NCBI GenBank assembly: GCA_025201805.1
Contig: MU619268.1
Location: 111,412-175,411, forward strand
DNA: 64,000 nt
Direction: 5' to 3'
Source: Parasitella parasitica NRRL 2501
Taxonomy: Eukaryota > Fungi > Mucoromycota
Position numbers and translations under genes: made by a program. The notes below the pieces were generated by a model, which was not told the origin of the DNA, did no database searches, and saw only the letters and a list, made by a program, of their open reading frames with translations. Shown piece by piece: positions 38,001-49,712 of this stretch; position 1 is the first letter of the stretch, and each line of letters opens with the position of its first letter.

Positions 38001-38169
38001 GATTGAATATAAAATAATCAAGAAGAAAAGCTTTCAATTCTTCTGACTCCCTCCCCTCTTCTCTATAGTTCAACTCAGCCACCACTATCATCAAAGCATC
38101 GAGGTTTAATTTGGTGTATCTATGTCTTGTAATCATTTTAAAACTTTTTTGCCAATTTTTCCACTCGGC

Positions 38170-40751
38170 ATGCAGCATCCACTTGGAGATTTACATGGTA
38201 AATGAGCCATCTGTTTTTATTGTTATGACCCTAGAAAGCAGTTTTATAATGCAATTTAGACGCTTTTACCGAGTTAAATATCAACATACCCAACGTGGAG
38301 GAACAGCAAGAGTATCTCTTGCCGCAATGGAAAGATATTACTTTGTTACTCGATGAAGCAACAGACGGTAAAACAGGTATACTTTTTTTTCTAGACAAAA
38401 AAAATTAACGCATTAATAGACTTTGAAGTGGGCCAGTTGGTGCATTTACAATCGTTTACGTTGTTTGATGCTATGAGTGCTATTGAAATCATGGATCCGC
38501 GCATGGATACTGGTATGACAATAGAGGAAACATTCAAAAAGTTTGACATAGACAAGCGTTTGATGCCTGAGGACATATTGGGCATAATGGATAGACTGAT
38601 AGTGCGTGAAATGGCATGGATCTCGGGCCATTCGCTTGCGCAGACTGTGTATACTTGTATATATTTCCATCACATCAAGCACTTGAATGAATCATCTATG
38701 CCTACCTTGAAGTCTACTATGAGTGACATTCTTTATGGGGTGTTGAGATCTTATATTCTTGCAACTGTAAAATGCTGCCACTACATATGGACTGAAATGA
38801 CGCAGGGAAATGTTTACGAGGTATGTAATGGACAAGTGGTATACAAAGTATAAGCTAACTTGGAAAAAAAAATGACAGGAAGAAGATTTTACAACCAACC
38901 TGTTTGGCCTAAGCTTCAACAATCAAAATCCAGATGTTATGATAATTAACGATATCGACTCTTCCGTCATGCTTTTAAACCATTTATTAAATACAAAGAT
39001 TTCGGGTAAATTGAGAGGCCACACATTACTGTTTATGCAAAATTTACACAAGTTATAAATAGAGTCGGAAAAGAACACTGTAAGAGCCATACTAAATAGA
39101 GTCGAAATCCGCAGATCATACCTCATGTCACTTGTATATCTGTCAAAACTTGAAGGATCGTTTCTGCCAACTGCAAAATCAGAATTAACGAAAATTATCG
39201 AACTATTACAAAATGTGGATTTGTCTATTGGAAATGAAGTGTCAGATGCTTTTGATTCAAACATCAATCGAAAACTGACTTCACAAACGCCACCTCGTCC
39301 TGTTGAGTTATCCTCGCTTGAGGAATCATTTAAAGAATACGCCTTGCTGATTCAACGTCTATCCTCAATCTGTGATGTCAATGATTATCCTTCTGTTAAT
39401 TCACTCATGGTAACTTTATTCGATGCAAGGAAGAGTATGGTATTAATGTTTCATTGCAGAATTACTTTTTGAATTTTGCAGCACATCAGCCGTATCCTGA
39501 TGCCTTTTCTAGATCCAAATTAGTCGTAGGTGGATTTTATGAAAAAGCATGATTTTATATTCATGTTATTTAATAGTCGATATTCTTTCATAATCAGCGC
39601 ATCTTTGGCACTATGGAAGTCTCCACATTTATACTAGAATCTATCAAAGAAACCGTTCAACCTCCACTTTGGTGGACTTCACCAACTAGGCAACCTGCAA
39701 ATGTCAATCCAGCTGAATTCATCAATGCACACGATACTTTGAAAGCCTATCTCGATAGAATCTCAGTAGTGTTTGTAGAGTACTTTAAAATTAACTGCCA
39801 TAATAGATCTCGTCAAAGAAGAATGCTCTGCAAGGTTGTTGCCGAATGGGAAATCCTGCAAGAAGAGGCAGCAGGGGTAGACGAAGTTTTCCACGCTTTG
39901 GAGAGAGACCAAGAAGATGTGCAAACGCCATACTATTTTTCTTCTTGGGCGTATAATTTAAAGCTGACCATGATTGAAAAGATTTTGTACCTGGGATTTG
40001 AACTGGACCTCTATGGATCTCATGAATATATTATGATTTACTGGTAGAGAAGAGAGCAAAAGTGAAAGAAAAAACAGGCTATAATGACATTAACATCTGC
40101 ATCTCACTAGGTATATTCAATGTGTACTAGGTAGTCGAGCCTATTTGCTGGACCGTATTTCCAATTTTATGGACCAAACTATCAAGAAACCTGACGTTTA
40201 CAATTATCTTGGTACGAGCCAAATGACGAACCACAGCAAAAAATGCTTATCTGAAGCAATGCTCAAGCTGTTGCTAACAATCAAGCATACAAACCAATTC
40301 GATCAGCGTGCCCTTGTATTTGATGATGAAGAAACTCGTTACGCACACCGGTTCAAGTCTTTCGTCTCGCTTATTTCGCCTCCCCATCTAACCTACCAAC
40401 AATATTCGGAGATTGTCAATATCGAAAATTTCGACGCACCGAGAATGAGAGAGATTATTAAAAACGACTTTGCAGAATCCAAAAAAACGTTGGAAGGTTT
40501 ACTCACCATGACTCCTACAGAAACCAACACTGAAATGTGCCATGATGACTTCAAAGATGTAAGTTGTTTTCTATTTTGATTGAGGTCTCGAAAAATAAAA
40601 CTAAAACTATCTCAAGGATATCAAAAATATGATCCGCACCATCGTTGCAAACAACATTGGGTTGAATTACATTAGCGAAACACCCCCAAAAACAAATCTC
40701 GATACCAAGTTTAAATATCATCCGTGGTTTCCTATAATAAGTAAAAATTAA
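38170..40751 (+). CDS. MAK10: NatC auxiliary subunit NAA35/Mak10, about 9 exons
   Basis: WKDIT; GQLVHLQSFTLFDAMSAIEIMDPRMDTG; MAWISGHSLAQTVYTC; YEEEDF; NRSRQRR; GFELDLY; terminal HPWFP. Confidence 0.95.
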
Positions 40752-41656
40752 TCATAATATGGCTTGTAAGAATTAGAAATTATGAAAGCAATAAAAAAAA
40801 AGTCTGCTTGTGTTTTCATATATATTACATTACTTGCAGATCCTAATAAACTTGACAGACTCAATAATACCACTAAATGATAATTGAGAAGCTGAAAAAT
40901 CTAGCAAAATTTCTACATTGGCAATGTCATTATTATATTAATTGAAGTTCGAGACTTTGCACCTTTGAGGCTGTAGAAGGATTATCATTCTGTGTGGAGA
41001 ATACAGAGTCGTTTGAAACTATGGATGCAATTGTTGATTTGCACTCAACAATTCATTTTACGAATTTCTATCAAAATTTTCATATGAAGCAAAGGCAGGC
41101 TATTGCTCTATTACTACAATGATGGGCAAACAACACGAGATCTACAGTAATATGTCTAATAAAGGACTAGTTCTTTTATTTGTGTTTCTAGCTACCATTT
41201 ACAGGTCTCTGTTGCATTGTGTTTTGCAGGTTCCAAAAGACCATTGCTGCCGAGAATTACACTAACCGTCCCTCTTGTTTAGTAGATGTTAGCTGGCACA
41301 ATTTCTACATGGGTACTTAAGTGATAAATTTTAGTACATACGCATCTCAAGCGCTTCTGGTATAACCCTGGAGGGTATAATCAAACACTTGTATTTGCTC
41401 AAATTATTGAGTTTGGGGCAATGGTTTTACAGTCATTTTTTTATGCAAGCTATAGAATGCTTAAATATTACTTACTCTACTCACTCAAGCTTTATATAAG
41501 CTTTTCAACACTTTTTTCATTTGACTTACAGATACCATGTTATCAAGTGTCAAGGCAAAATTTTTCACTCGATGGGTCAAATAATATAGATAATTCTACT
41601 ATACAATGACGTTGGTTTTTTTTTTTTATTAGACATCATTCTCGAATTAAGTATTA

Positions 41657-43864
41657 TTAATTGCTTTGTAGGTTTTTACGATCTAAAGATTTCCTTGCCA
41701 TGTCACCCACTTTGTCTATTGAATTTTTGTCTGCATGAGATCTTAATAAAGATTTCATAAGGTATCTCCAAGTGACGGCATTTGGCTCTATATGGTTCTC
41801 ATTCATGTGAGTGAAAAATCTCAACGCAAGTTCACCTTTTCTAAAGATGGCACAGCCTTGCAAAAGAGCAGTGTATGTTTCCACAGTTGGTTGGACAGAT
41901 TTGTTCGCGCACATGTGTTCGAAAATACTAGTAGCTTGTGTGATGTCGTGCTTTGCAAAACAAGAGATAAGCGTGGTATAAGTATAGATGTTGGGTTTTT
42001 GAAAGCCTGTTAGACGGCGAAACAAGTTGTGTGCCTCTGTGGTTACTGGAATGGGTGATTTTGAATAATCCGCATTTTGATGTCGTATGCCAGCTGCCGC
42101 TATGAATGGTTCAAGATCTATTTCACTATGCTTTCTCCTCTTTTTCAAATCAGAATCACTATGGCCTAATGCCTTCAAAATGCTACTATAGGCATGCAGA
42201 TTGGGTTCAACGCCATCATCCATGATTGTCTTGAACAATCTCCAAGCGACAGGTCCCTCCTTATTCAAAATTAAGCCTTGAATCACCATAGCAATTGTGA
42301 CATCATCTGGCACACCCTGTTCAGCAGATCTGATAGAAGCAAACACTTGCATAGCAGCAGGAACATCTCGGCATTGAAATAAAGCATGCGATAAATGGTG
42401 CTTGGCCCGTAATTCAGCCTCTGCGTTGGTAGCCAATTGTGTGCTCGCCGCATAGCTCTGGTATACTTGTGCCTTGTCACCTCTTTTACCATAGCCAACC
42501 ATGAGATGATTAGCCATCACGCTGTTGACCAGTTTCTCGTTTTGCTGTCTCAATTCATCGAACTCCTTTTGCGCTTCATCCACGTCTTGTTTGCTCTTGA
42601 GCCATAAATTTGCTGTTCTAAGTTTCTCATCTACGTGCTTTGAGTCCATTCTTTGGACATATTCCACCGCTTTCCTTGCTTCCGCTATATTGTCTTTTCG
42701 CAGAGCATTAATCAAAAGTGATGTGACCATGGCACTCGTCAATTGATTGTATTTCTTTATGTGCAAGTCCATCGCTCTGCGAGCAGCTTCGAAATCACCA
42801 GCAACAGCATGTGCGTTCACTATGACCGTACTTGTCACAATATTTGGCTCCACATTCTGTCTTTCCATCTCTCTTAATAGACTAATTGCACCTTTAGCGT
42901 CTCCTTTCCGTGCAAATCCTGCAATAAGAGTGGTGTAGATATATACATTGTAAGGGTGGTTCGTCGTGTCATCTTGTTTAGTCGCTTTATCCAATGACTT
43001 TAGAAATGATACCGTTAGTAATTGAGAAGCACCACGTTTTGACAAAATGCTGAGCATTTGGGAGATGGTTGTGTTTTCGAGTATTGTATTATATTTATCC
43101 ATGGCTTTGATTAGTAGTTGAGTGACATATTTTAACACTGATGGGTCTTTGGTTTTGTTGTTTTTCAAGGAAACGACAAGCAAATCGTAGTGGTTCGCTG
43201 TTGGGCAAAATCTATTTGGACTCGTCGATCTGTCAAAGGCAGCAGCAGTTACTCTGATCAAATCGCAGGCAGCTCGCACAAGACCCTGTCGACTCATTGC
43301 AAACAATATCTGAGATATATGCTGAGAATTGGCAATTTTGTTGTGTGCCTTCATGTGCTCTAAAACACTCAACATGTCTGGTACCGTCTTTCCATATTTC
43401 ATGATACTGAGTATACGTCCATAATGATTAGGTTGCAGATACTTGTCCACGCCATGCTTTATCATCAACTGGTAGATTTGCCATGTTTTGGGGGTATCAT
43501 ACATCGTAAAACTGTACAGTGCACTTCGTAATGATGCAAACATGTCCAACTTGGATATCTTTTGCTTGATAAAGTACTGCGACATTTCCTCAGGATCAAC
43601 AAATTTGTTTATATTTCGTGGTTGATATTGCTTGTATACGTTCGTCTCGGTTTTCTTTCGTGGTCGTGAGCTATATGACCTTGTAATTAGAAGTGACAAG
43701 GTGGGTAGCAGTAGCTGGGGCTTTAATTGCGTATCCAAAACAGTTGATGTCAATAGTTTTCGTCTATTTGATGTGCCATGCTCTAATTCTAAGAAACAAT
43801 TCCTTAGTAGACAATTCGAGGGTTTTGCGCCTCTTGTTATTGTTGCAGCTAAAGCAGGACGCAT
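41657..43864 (-). CDS. Pentatricopeptide-repeat protein, probably mitochondrial
   Basis: 35-aa PPR motifs such as NVYIYTTLIAGFARKGDAKGAISLLREMERQNVEP, PNLHAYSSIL, PNIYTYTTLISCFAK, PTVETYTALLQGCA and PNAVTW. The N-terminus is basic and presequence-like. Confidence 0.92.
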   Translation of the reverse strand: MRPALAATITRGAKPSNCLLRNCFLELEHGTSNRRKLLTSTVLDTQLKPQLLLPTLSLLITRSYSSRPRKKTETNVYKQYQPRNINKFVDPEEMSQYFIKQKISKLDMFASLRSALYSFTMYDTPKTWQIYQLMIKHGVDKYLQPNHYGRILSIMKYGKTVPDMLSVLEHMKAHNKIANSQHISQILFAMSRQGLVRAACDLIRVTAAAFDRSTSPNRFCPTANHYDLLVVSLKNNKTKDPSVLKYVTQLLIKAMDKYNTILENTTISQMLSILSKRGASQLLTVSFLKSLDKATKQDDTTNHPYNVYIYTTLIAGFARKGDAKGAISLLREMERQNVEPNIVTSTVIVNAHAVAGDFEAARRAMDLHIKKYNQLTSAMVTSLLINALRKDNIAEARKAVEYVQRMDSKHVDEKLRTANLWLKSKQDVDEAQKEFDELRQQNEKLVNSVMANHLMVGYGKRGDKAQVYQSYAASTQLATNAEAELRAKHHLSHALFQCRDVPAAMQVFASIRSAEQGVPDDVTIAMVIQGLILNKEGPVAWRLFKTIMDDGVEPNLHAYSSILKALGHSDSDLKKRRKHSEIDLEPFIAAAGIRHQNADYSKSPIPVTTEAHNLFRRLTGFQKPNIYTYTTLISCFAKHDITQATSIFEHMCANKSVQPTVETYTALLQGCAIFRKGELALRFFTHMNENHIEPNAVTWRYLMKSLLRSHADKNSIDKVGDMARKSLDRKNLQSN

Positions 43865-44390
43865 CGAAGCTTTGAAAGTATAATCCTGGCGTTTTGTTTT
43901 TGTTTTTCTTTTGGGTGATATGACAAGTACGGGAAAAAGCAATGAGAGACTATGAGGATATATTATTCAATAGGAGTATATAGTCTAAAGGTTATAGAAC
44001 CTTTTTCTAATGATTTAAATAATTGTAATAAGAAAGACTTTTTTTTTTTTTTGACAGACCATCAAAAAAGGAGGGGTTCAAAAGGTAAGGGCCATTAAGC
44101 GATAGCTAAAATGTTGTCGGTAGACAGTGCGACATGTGGCCCGCCCAATTTACAAAATCTTTACAGGCGGAGAGCACCCCCAGGCCAACCTTGAGGAGTG
44201 GAGGGGAGGGGGGGGGGCGCATGTTCAATAAAAGTGAACTGATGATGTTTAATACCGTGATGTCATATTCACTATAGATCCGTACAATCACATTCGAATA
44301 GTGTCTAACGGGCAAGCGTTTATAAAGCTTGCTACCATAGCAATGGTTCCTGGATTTTTATTTTGACAGCTACAATACAATAAATAATTT

Positions 44391-45346
44391 TTAGGCAGTT
44401 GCTTTCCATGCAGCGTAGATCTGGAATACAGATGCAAATCCACCAAAAACGCCAACCAGAACATCTGGGAAGCTTGATTTTTCTAATGACCAATGAACAG
44501 TTAAAGGCAAATATCTGAAAGACAGATATAGTCAGTAAAAACAGCAAATAAATCACATATAAACTGCTTCTGCTTTCTTACCCGGTATTAATGCAAGTGT
44601 TGACAATCATGCTTGTTCTTTCAGCCTTAATTGAAGCCATTTCGGCTTCAGGATCTTCATGGGTTTCAATATCACCAGCCTTAATACGCTTTAACAAACC
44701 AGTTTCTTTCTTTCTTAAATTTCTATACTGTTCACCAAGTCTGCCATATTCTAAAATTACATATGCAGCCCAGAAACGACAACTCCACATTCCTATTTTG
44801 TTGGTCTTTTCTTCGCTAATGGGGATAACTTGATGAGCACCCAACCAATAAATGTGTTCCAAAGGATAGTAAATGATGTTGGCCCAATTTTGAAGACGCT
44901 CAATTGTGAGAGCTAATTGACTAGGCGGTTGATTGTATTCCAAGTAGTTCATGTATTGCACCATGGGCAATAAACCGTAATAACGCAATAAAATACGGAA
45001 ATCACTTACAGGTCCAGCAAAGTTTTGGATACGCTGAATAAATGAAATGGCTGTTGTTGCTGTTTTTAAGGGAGCTGAACGTTTTTGAGCAAACCAAATT
45101 ACAACTTTCGACCAATATTGAATGAACTGGCAAATAGAAATGATGAATGGATTGAATAAATCAAAGCAACTTGGAAAGAAAGAGAAAACTCACCATAAGT
45201 ACTTTATCAGTACCTCGAACACTGTTTAGAAACCTGATGAGGTGATCCAACTTGGGATTGGAAGGACCAAGCACCTTTGCAATAGCTAGAGGATTAATGA
45301 TTTCTTTTTTGCCGTGCTTTTGTTGAGGTTTCTTTTCAGCAGACAT
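44391..45346 (-). CDS. PEX11: Peroxisomal biogenesis factor 11 family protein (PEX11C/gamma-like), 3 exons
   Basis: RFLNSVRGTDKVLMFIQY; VSDFRILLRYYGL; YYPLEHIYWL; WSCRFWAAYV; YLPLTVHWS; C-terminal TM ending AAWKATA*. Confidence 0.9.
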
Positions 45347-47195
45347 GTTGCTTTTCTGAAGTGGAAGAAGAAAGGCTAAGAAATTAGAAAAAAATTATAA
45401 ATTTTATTTACATCTTTTCACATGCGAATTGTTTTCCCACCATAAACATAAATCATTCAATTTATTCAAGTAATTTTTTTTTTTTTTCTTTTTTTTGAAA
45501 ATGGTATCAACTTTTTCATGTTGCCATTATAGATAAAATACAAGAATTTGATGCAATCTGATACTATCTGGTCTTTTTCGCAGATTAGTAGATGATCATA
45601 ACATATCAACATATGATAAAATAGAACTGAAAAGTCTTAAAAATTGTTACACAAACCAAAAGTGTAAATATGGGAAGCTTGTCTATCACATTGACATGTT
45701 GATTGACTCTGACAAAGAGGCACAAAGTCGAGAAACCGTATCAACACAGCGCTTCACATGTTATATTTATGTTAATAAGATTTAAATGCTAATTTGGGCA
45801 TACCAAGAGAATATCAAACACCTACTATACCCATCTGTTTTCTATCGGGTTAAGGTTCTTGCCATGATAGCCAAATCTTTAGTATTGTTTGAAATACCAT
45901 AATCTACTTTCTCTTGATCTTTCTAACTGGCCTGTTTAAGCGCTATTGCTGATGGCTGCTATTTTTTTTCTGTATCCTTTAATCTTTCTTCTTCGTAATA
46001 CAACCGCTGCGGTCCATAAAAGCAAGGTCCATTTACTTTCCCTGTACAATAAACCCACAACTGCTATGCATAACTTTTGGTTCACAAACAATTAGCGATC
46101 TATATATCTTGAAGAAGAAGAGTTCACCATTAATGCCCAAGCTAAATATGCAGCATGACACAAATATATATCAACTAAATCTTTCGATCCGAACAAGCCG
46201 AAAAGCTATTAATATGCTGGAAATGACACTTGACATGGCTGATGCGGTTCCTACTTCACTATTGGGTGCTAAAGAAAATTAAATTTGCTTTCGGAATTGG
46301 ATATGCTTTGGCCATCCTGCTGTTAAGAATGTCATCAAAGTGAACTCTTCGTTTTAAAAAAAAAAGCCAACAAAAGTGGTGGTTTGTTTTAACGATTCAT
46401 ATGATAAAAATCTCATTGATGGTAATGGCAAGTAGCAGGACATACCTAAAACTAGTGTCATGAGTGTAGTTGTTCGTATAGGGCAAGTCTAAAGATCAAA
46501 TGTATATGTGGATTTATTTCTACATGTATGTCGAAAAATGATCCTTACATCTCTCCTGCTTGTTAAAGAAGAACGAATTAATCCGATTTGCTATGCCGTT
46601 GCTAACTGTCCAATGACGATGGTATTGATATGCTGTTTACCACACAAGACGATGAAACACTAAAATAAAGTGGGCTAGTTTGGGATAGGAGCTGGCAGAT
46701 CAAAAATCACACGACACATCACTTTTATTCAACAAACAGAAATATCTGCACTGTGTAAACAAATCTTTGATACAAATGAACATTTATTCTTACACATTTT
46801 AAAACAGAATATGCTTCTATAAAGAAGCTTTTTTTGTCAAATAGTTCAATAATTAAAAAAAGGGGTAAAAGAAAACAACAGCTATTTTGCTTTCAAGGGG
46901 GAGAGGGAAAGGGGGCCATTTTATATATGTTGTATGTGATGATTTTTTTTGTAGGGTTTTTTTTTTGAAGAGAAAATACACAAAGAAAGGGGGCAGGGAG
47001 TAGGAGTGGGATATGCGTTTCTTTTTTGATTTTAAGAAAATTATACATATATGCGAAAGGGAAATAAAAAGAGAAGTTTATATGATACAAAGAGGAATTT
47101 TGTAAGATTTTGTTTGTTTGTTGTGTGTGGGTGTGTGTGTGTTTGTCATTGAAGTAAATTATTTACAAGAATAGAGAAGAGAGAGGGATAATTAA

Positions 47196-49083
47196 TTAAA
47201 AAAGAGGTTCCCAAAAAGGCCCCGAATCAAATGAGAATTCAGAAAGATCTTGAGAGCAAATGTCGGAGGGAGGGGCATTTGCTGCAAAACGAGGTGCTTG
47301 AGGAGATGCTATGGGGACGGTAGAGCTGTTTGATCTAGGCAAAAAAGAATTAATATCATGAGGAAAATTATCGCATGTTTGTACAAACTTACAAATTTTC
47401 ACAGAGAAAGACATCAGAGGCATTAGGCGCAAATAATTCCTTCTTCACCGAATCAAGTGATTGCAAGTAAGCTAAACGAGATAAAATCTCTAAACTTTCA
47501 GGGTCTAATACCAACTGACCATCTTCTTTGGTATCGAATGGATCGAGGAATAGGTTTTCATTAGGAGTGGTGACTTCGCTGGCACTACTATCTTGACTAC
47601 TGAATCGGGATTCAGATGAAACGTCAGGCCAATCTGTGGGTGTTTCTGGACCTGGTAAATCAGTGGAATACCCATCATCGTCGTCGTGGAGATGAAGTGG
47701 AGGAGGTGTTGCTGCTGTCCTGCTGGATGAATTACCAGCTGTAGCTGCTGTAAAGTTGAATTTACTAAGAGGAGATGAATCAATTTCCATTGCAGCTGAG
47801 AAGTCATCGTCATCATATTCTTCTGCGTCTTCATCATCAGTATTAGCAGCGTCTTGGCTCTTTAAAGCTAAGCGTTGGCTCTTCCATTGAGCAGCATATC
47901 TCCAAGTAATAGCGCTCAACAATTTAGCATTCTTCCCAGTACAAGAACCAAGGGATAGGAAACAGGACGGGCAGCGGAATGTTTCTGTTAATGCTGCATC
48001 GTTCAATTCGAGACACTCCAGATGCAAATAACGGAAGCAATCATCACATTGAACCATGGTTTCAATTTCATCATGAGGTGAAGAGCAAATACATTGAATA
48101 TTTTTCTTCTTTAAATGATGTGTAGTGTGAACAGAGGTGTTCGTGGCATGACTTGTAGAAGAATGGCGCTGGATAGATTTACGCTTCATACGGATACGCT
48201 GACTAGATTCGGCTTTTTCATCGACTGATACTTCATTAGTCGATTGAGATTTGGGAGGTCTACCAGGACGTTTGCGATCAAGACGAGAGGTTAATCTTGA
48301 TTGAGAACGGCCATCTATTAGTTTAAAAGTCAGTTACCAAATGGTTCACATGAGCCTTTTTTTTTTTATGGAAAGTAAAAGAATAAAACGCCCAGCACCC
48401 CCCAAAAAATATTTACCTTCAGGTCTGGAAAGATGAAGTTCTTTATCCATGTTGGATGCCTCATGCACATAGGATTCAATTAAAGTTGCGCCGCAACGAG
48501 CTGATCTTTCTGACTCTGTCAAGGGTTCAATAGATTCTTCTCTATTAGAAAGAGATAATTGAATTGAACGATCTTTAAATGAAATTTCAGTTGATTCCTT
48601 GGAGACAAAGATAAGATATTGCTTTAACAGTTCAAGGTTGCGCAATGAAATTGGCTTATTATTCGGCCAATCAGATTTAGACAACATCGTATTGGCTGTT
48701 GCTGTTACTTTCAATTCTGATTTATCACCGTAGCTGGGTGGAGGTGTAGGTGGTAAAGAAATAGCTGGATCAGATAATCGTTTTGCTGCTTTTGATAGGC
48801 GGTCTTTTAGCTTCTTTGCGACAGAGCTAATATCATTAGGCCGGGTGCATTTCTTCATTGCATGCTCCTTTAAATCAATAGATATCATATCAGAATCTGG
48901 CTTGATGTTTGTTGTTGTTGCTGTGTATTCTACAGGAATTTCTGGGGCTTCTGCGGTTGCTGTGGGAGATTTTGACTTTTGTCTTGGTTTTGGCTTTGCA
49001 TTATTTTTTGACACTTTTTTTGTATCAGCCATGACACTTTTGTTGCTTTTTGTCGTGATAGCACTATCCAAAGAAATAGCCAT
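47196..49083 (-). CDS. PHD-finger + AT-hook chromatin protein, 3 coding exons (start codon uncertain)
   Basis: AT-hook RKRPGRPPK just after the intron at ~48317-48416. PHD C4HC3 reads CICSSPHDEIETMVQCDDCFRYLHLEC...FRCPSC. The acidic tail is joined by an intron at ~47337-47391. Confidence 0.82.
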
Positions 49084-49662
49084 GTCAAAATTGTGTATCG
49101 TTGGACAAAATTGTATTTCATTTTTGTTGCCTAGCAACGACACCAACTTTGTAGACACATAGTACGATGTGGTTGCTAGCCAACAAAAATGATTAACGAA
49201 AAATATTAAAAATGAGCACTCACATTGATTTCATGATTTTCGAAAGTGGTTCCTTGTATAGACGGTTGTATAAATAAACTAAGGTTTTTTCAAGCTTCTT
49301 GGCGAATTTTTTGGTGTTTGTTGCGATGATGAATGTTTTCTGGGGATGATGTTGTGGTTTATTTTTTACTACTACTTGTTATCTTCAGACAGTAAGATTT
49401 ACTGTTTGTTGTAATAATAGTAATGAAAATAAAAGAGGGTTGGCGAGGGAAAAGAAGAGAGAAAAGGAAAACAAGAAAGAAAAGGGAAAGGGAAAGGTTA
49501 AATCAATTGGGGAGTTTCTATTAGGGTGTGCGAATAAAACCAATTTTACAGTCATGAAAAGAGCGATCGTCTGTACGTAACCTATCTAAGTTTCGGTAAT
49601 ATCCTGCTCATATCCGATACGTATAAAATAACTTTGGTGGTTGTGTACAGATATTCTAAATG

Positions 49663-49712
<50 letters not shown>

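Noticed and set aside
45780-46670. Possible minus-strand relic of a Mucorales expanded gene family (GFIVQG..MDLAFMD fragment)
   Set aside because: Too short and degenerate to support.
47389-47432. Overlapping ORFs suggesting a programmed frameshift in the PHD gene
   Set aside because: Explained by a canonical GTAAGT...CTAG intron (~47337-47391).
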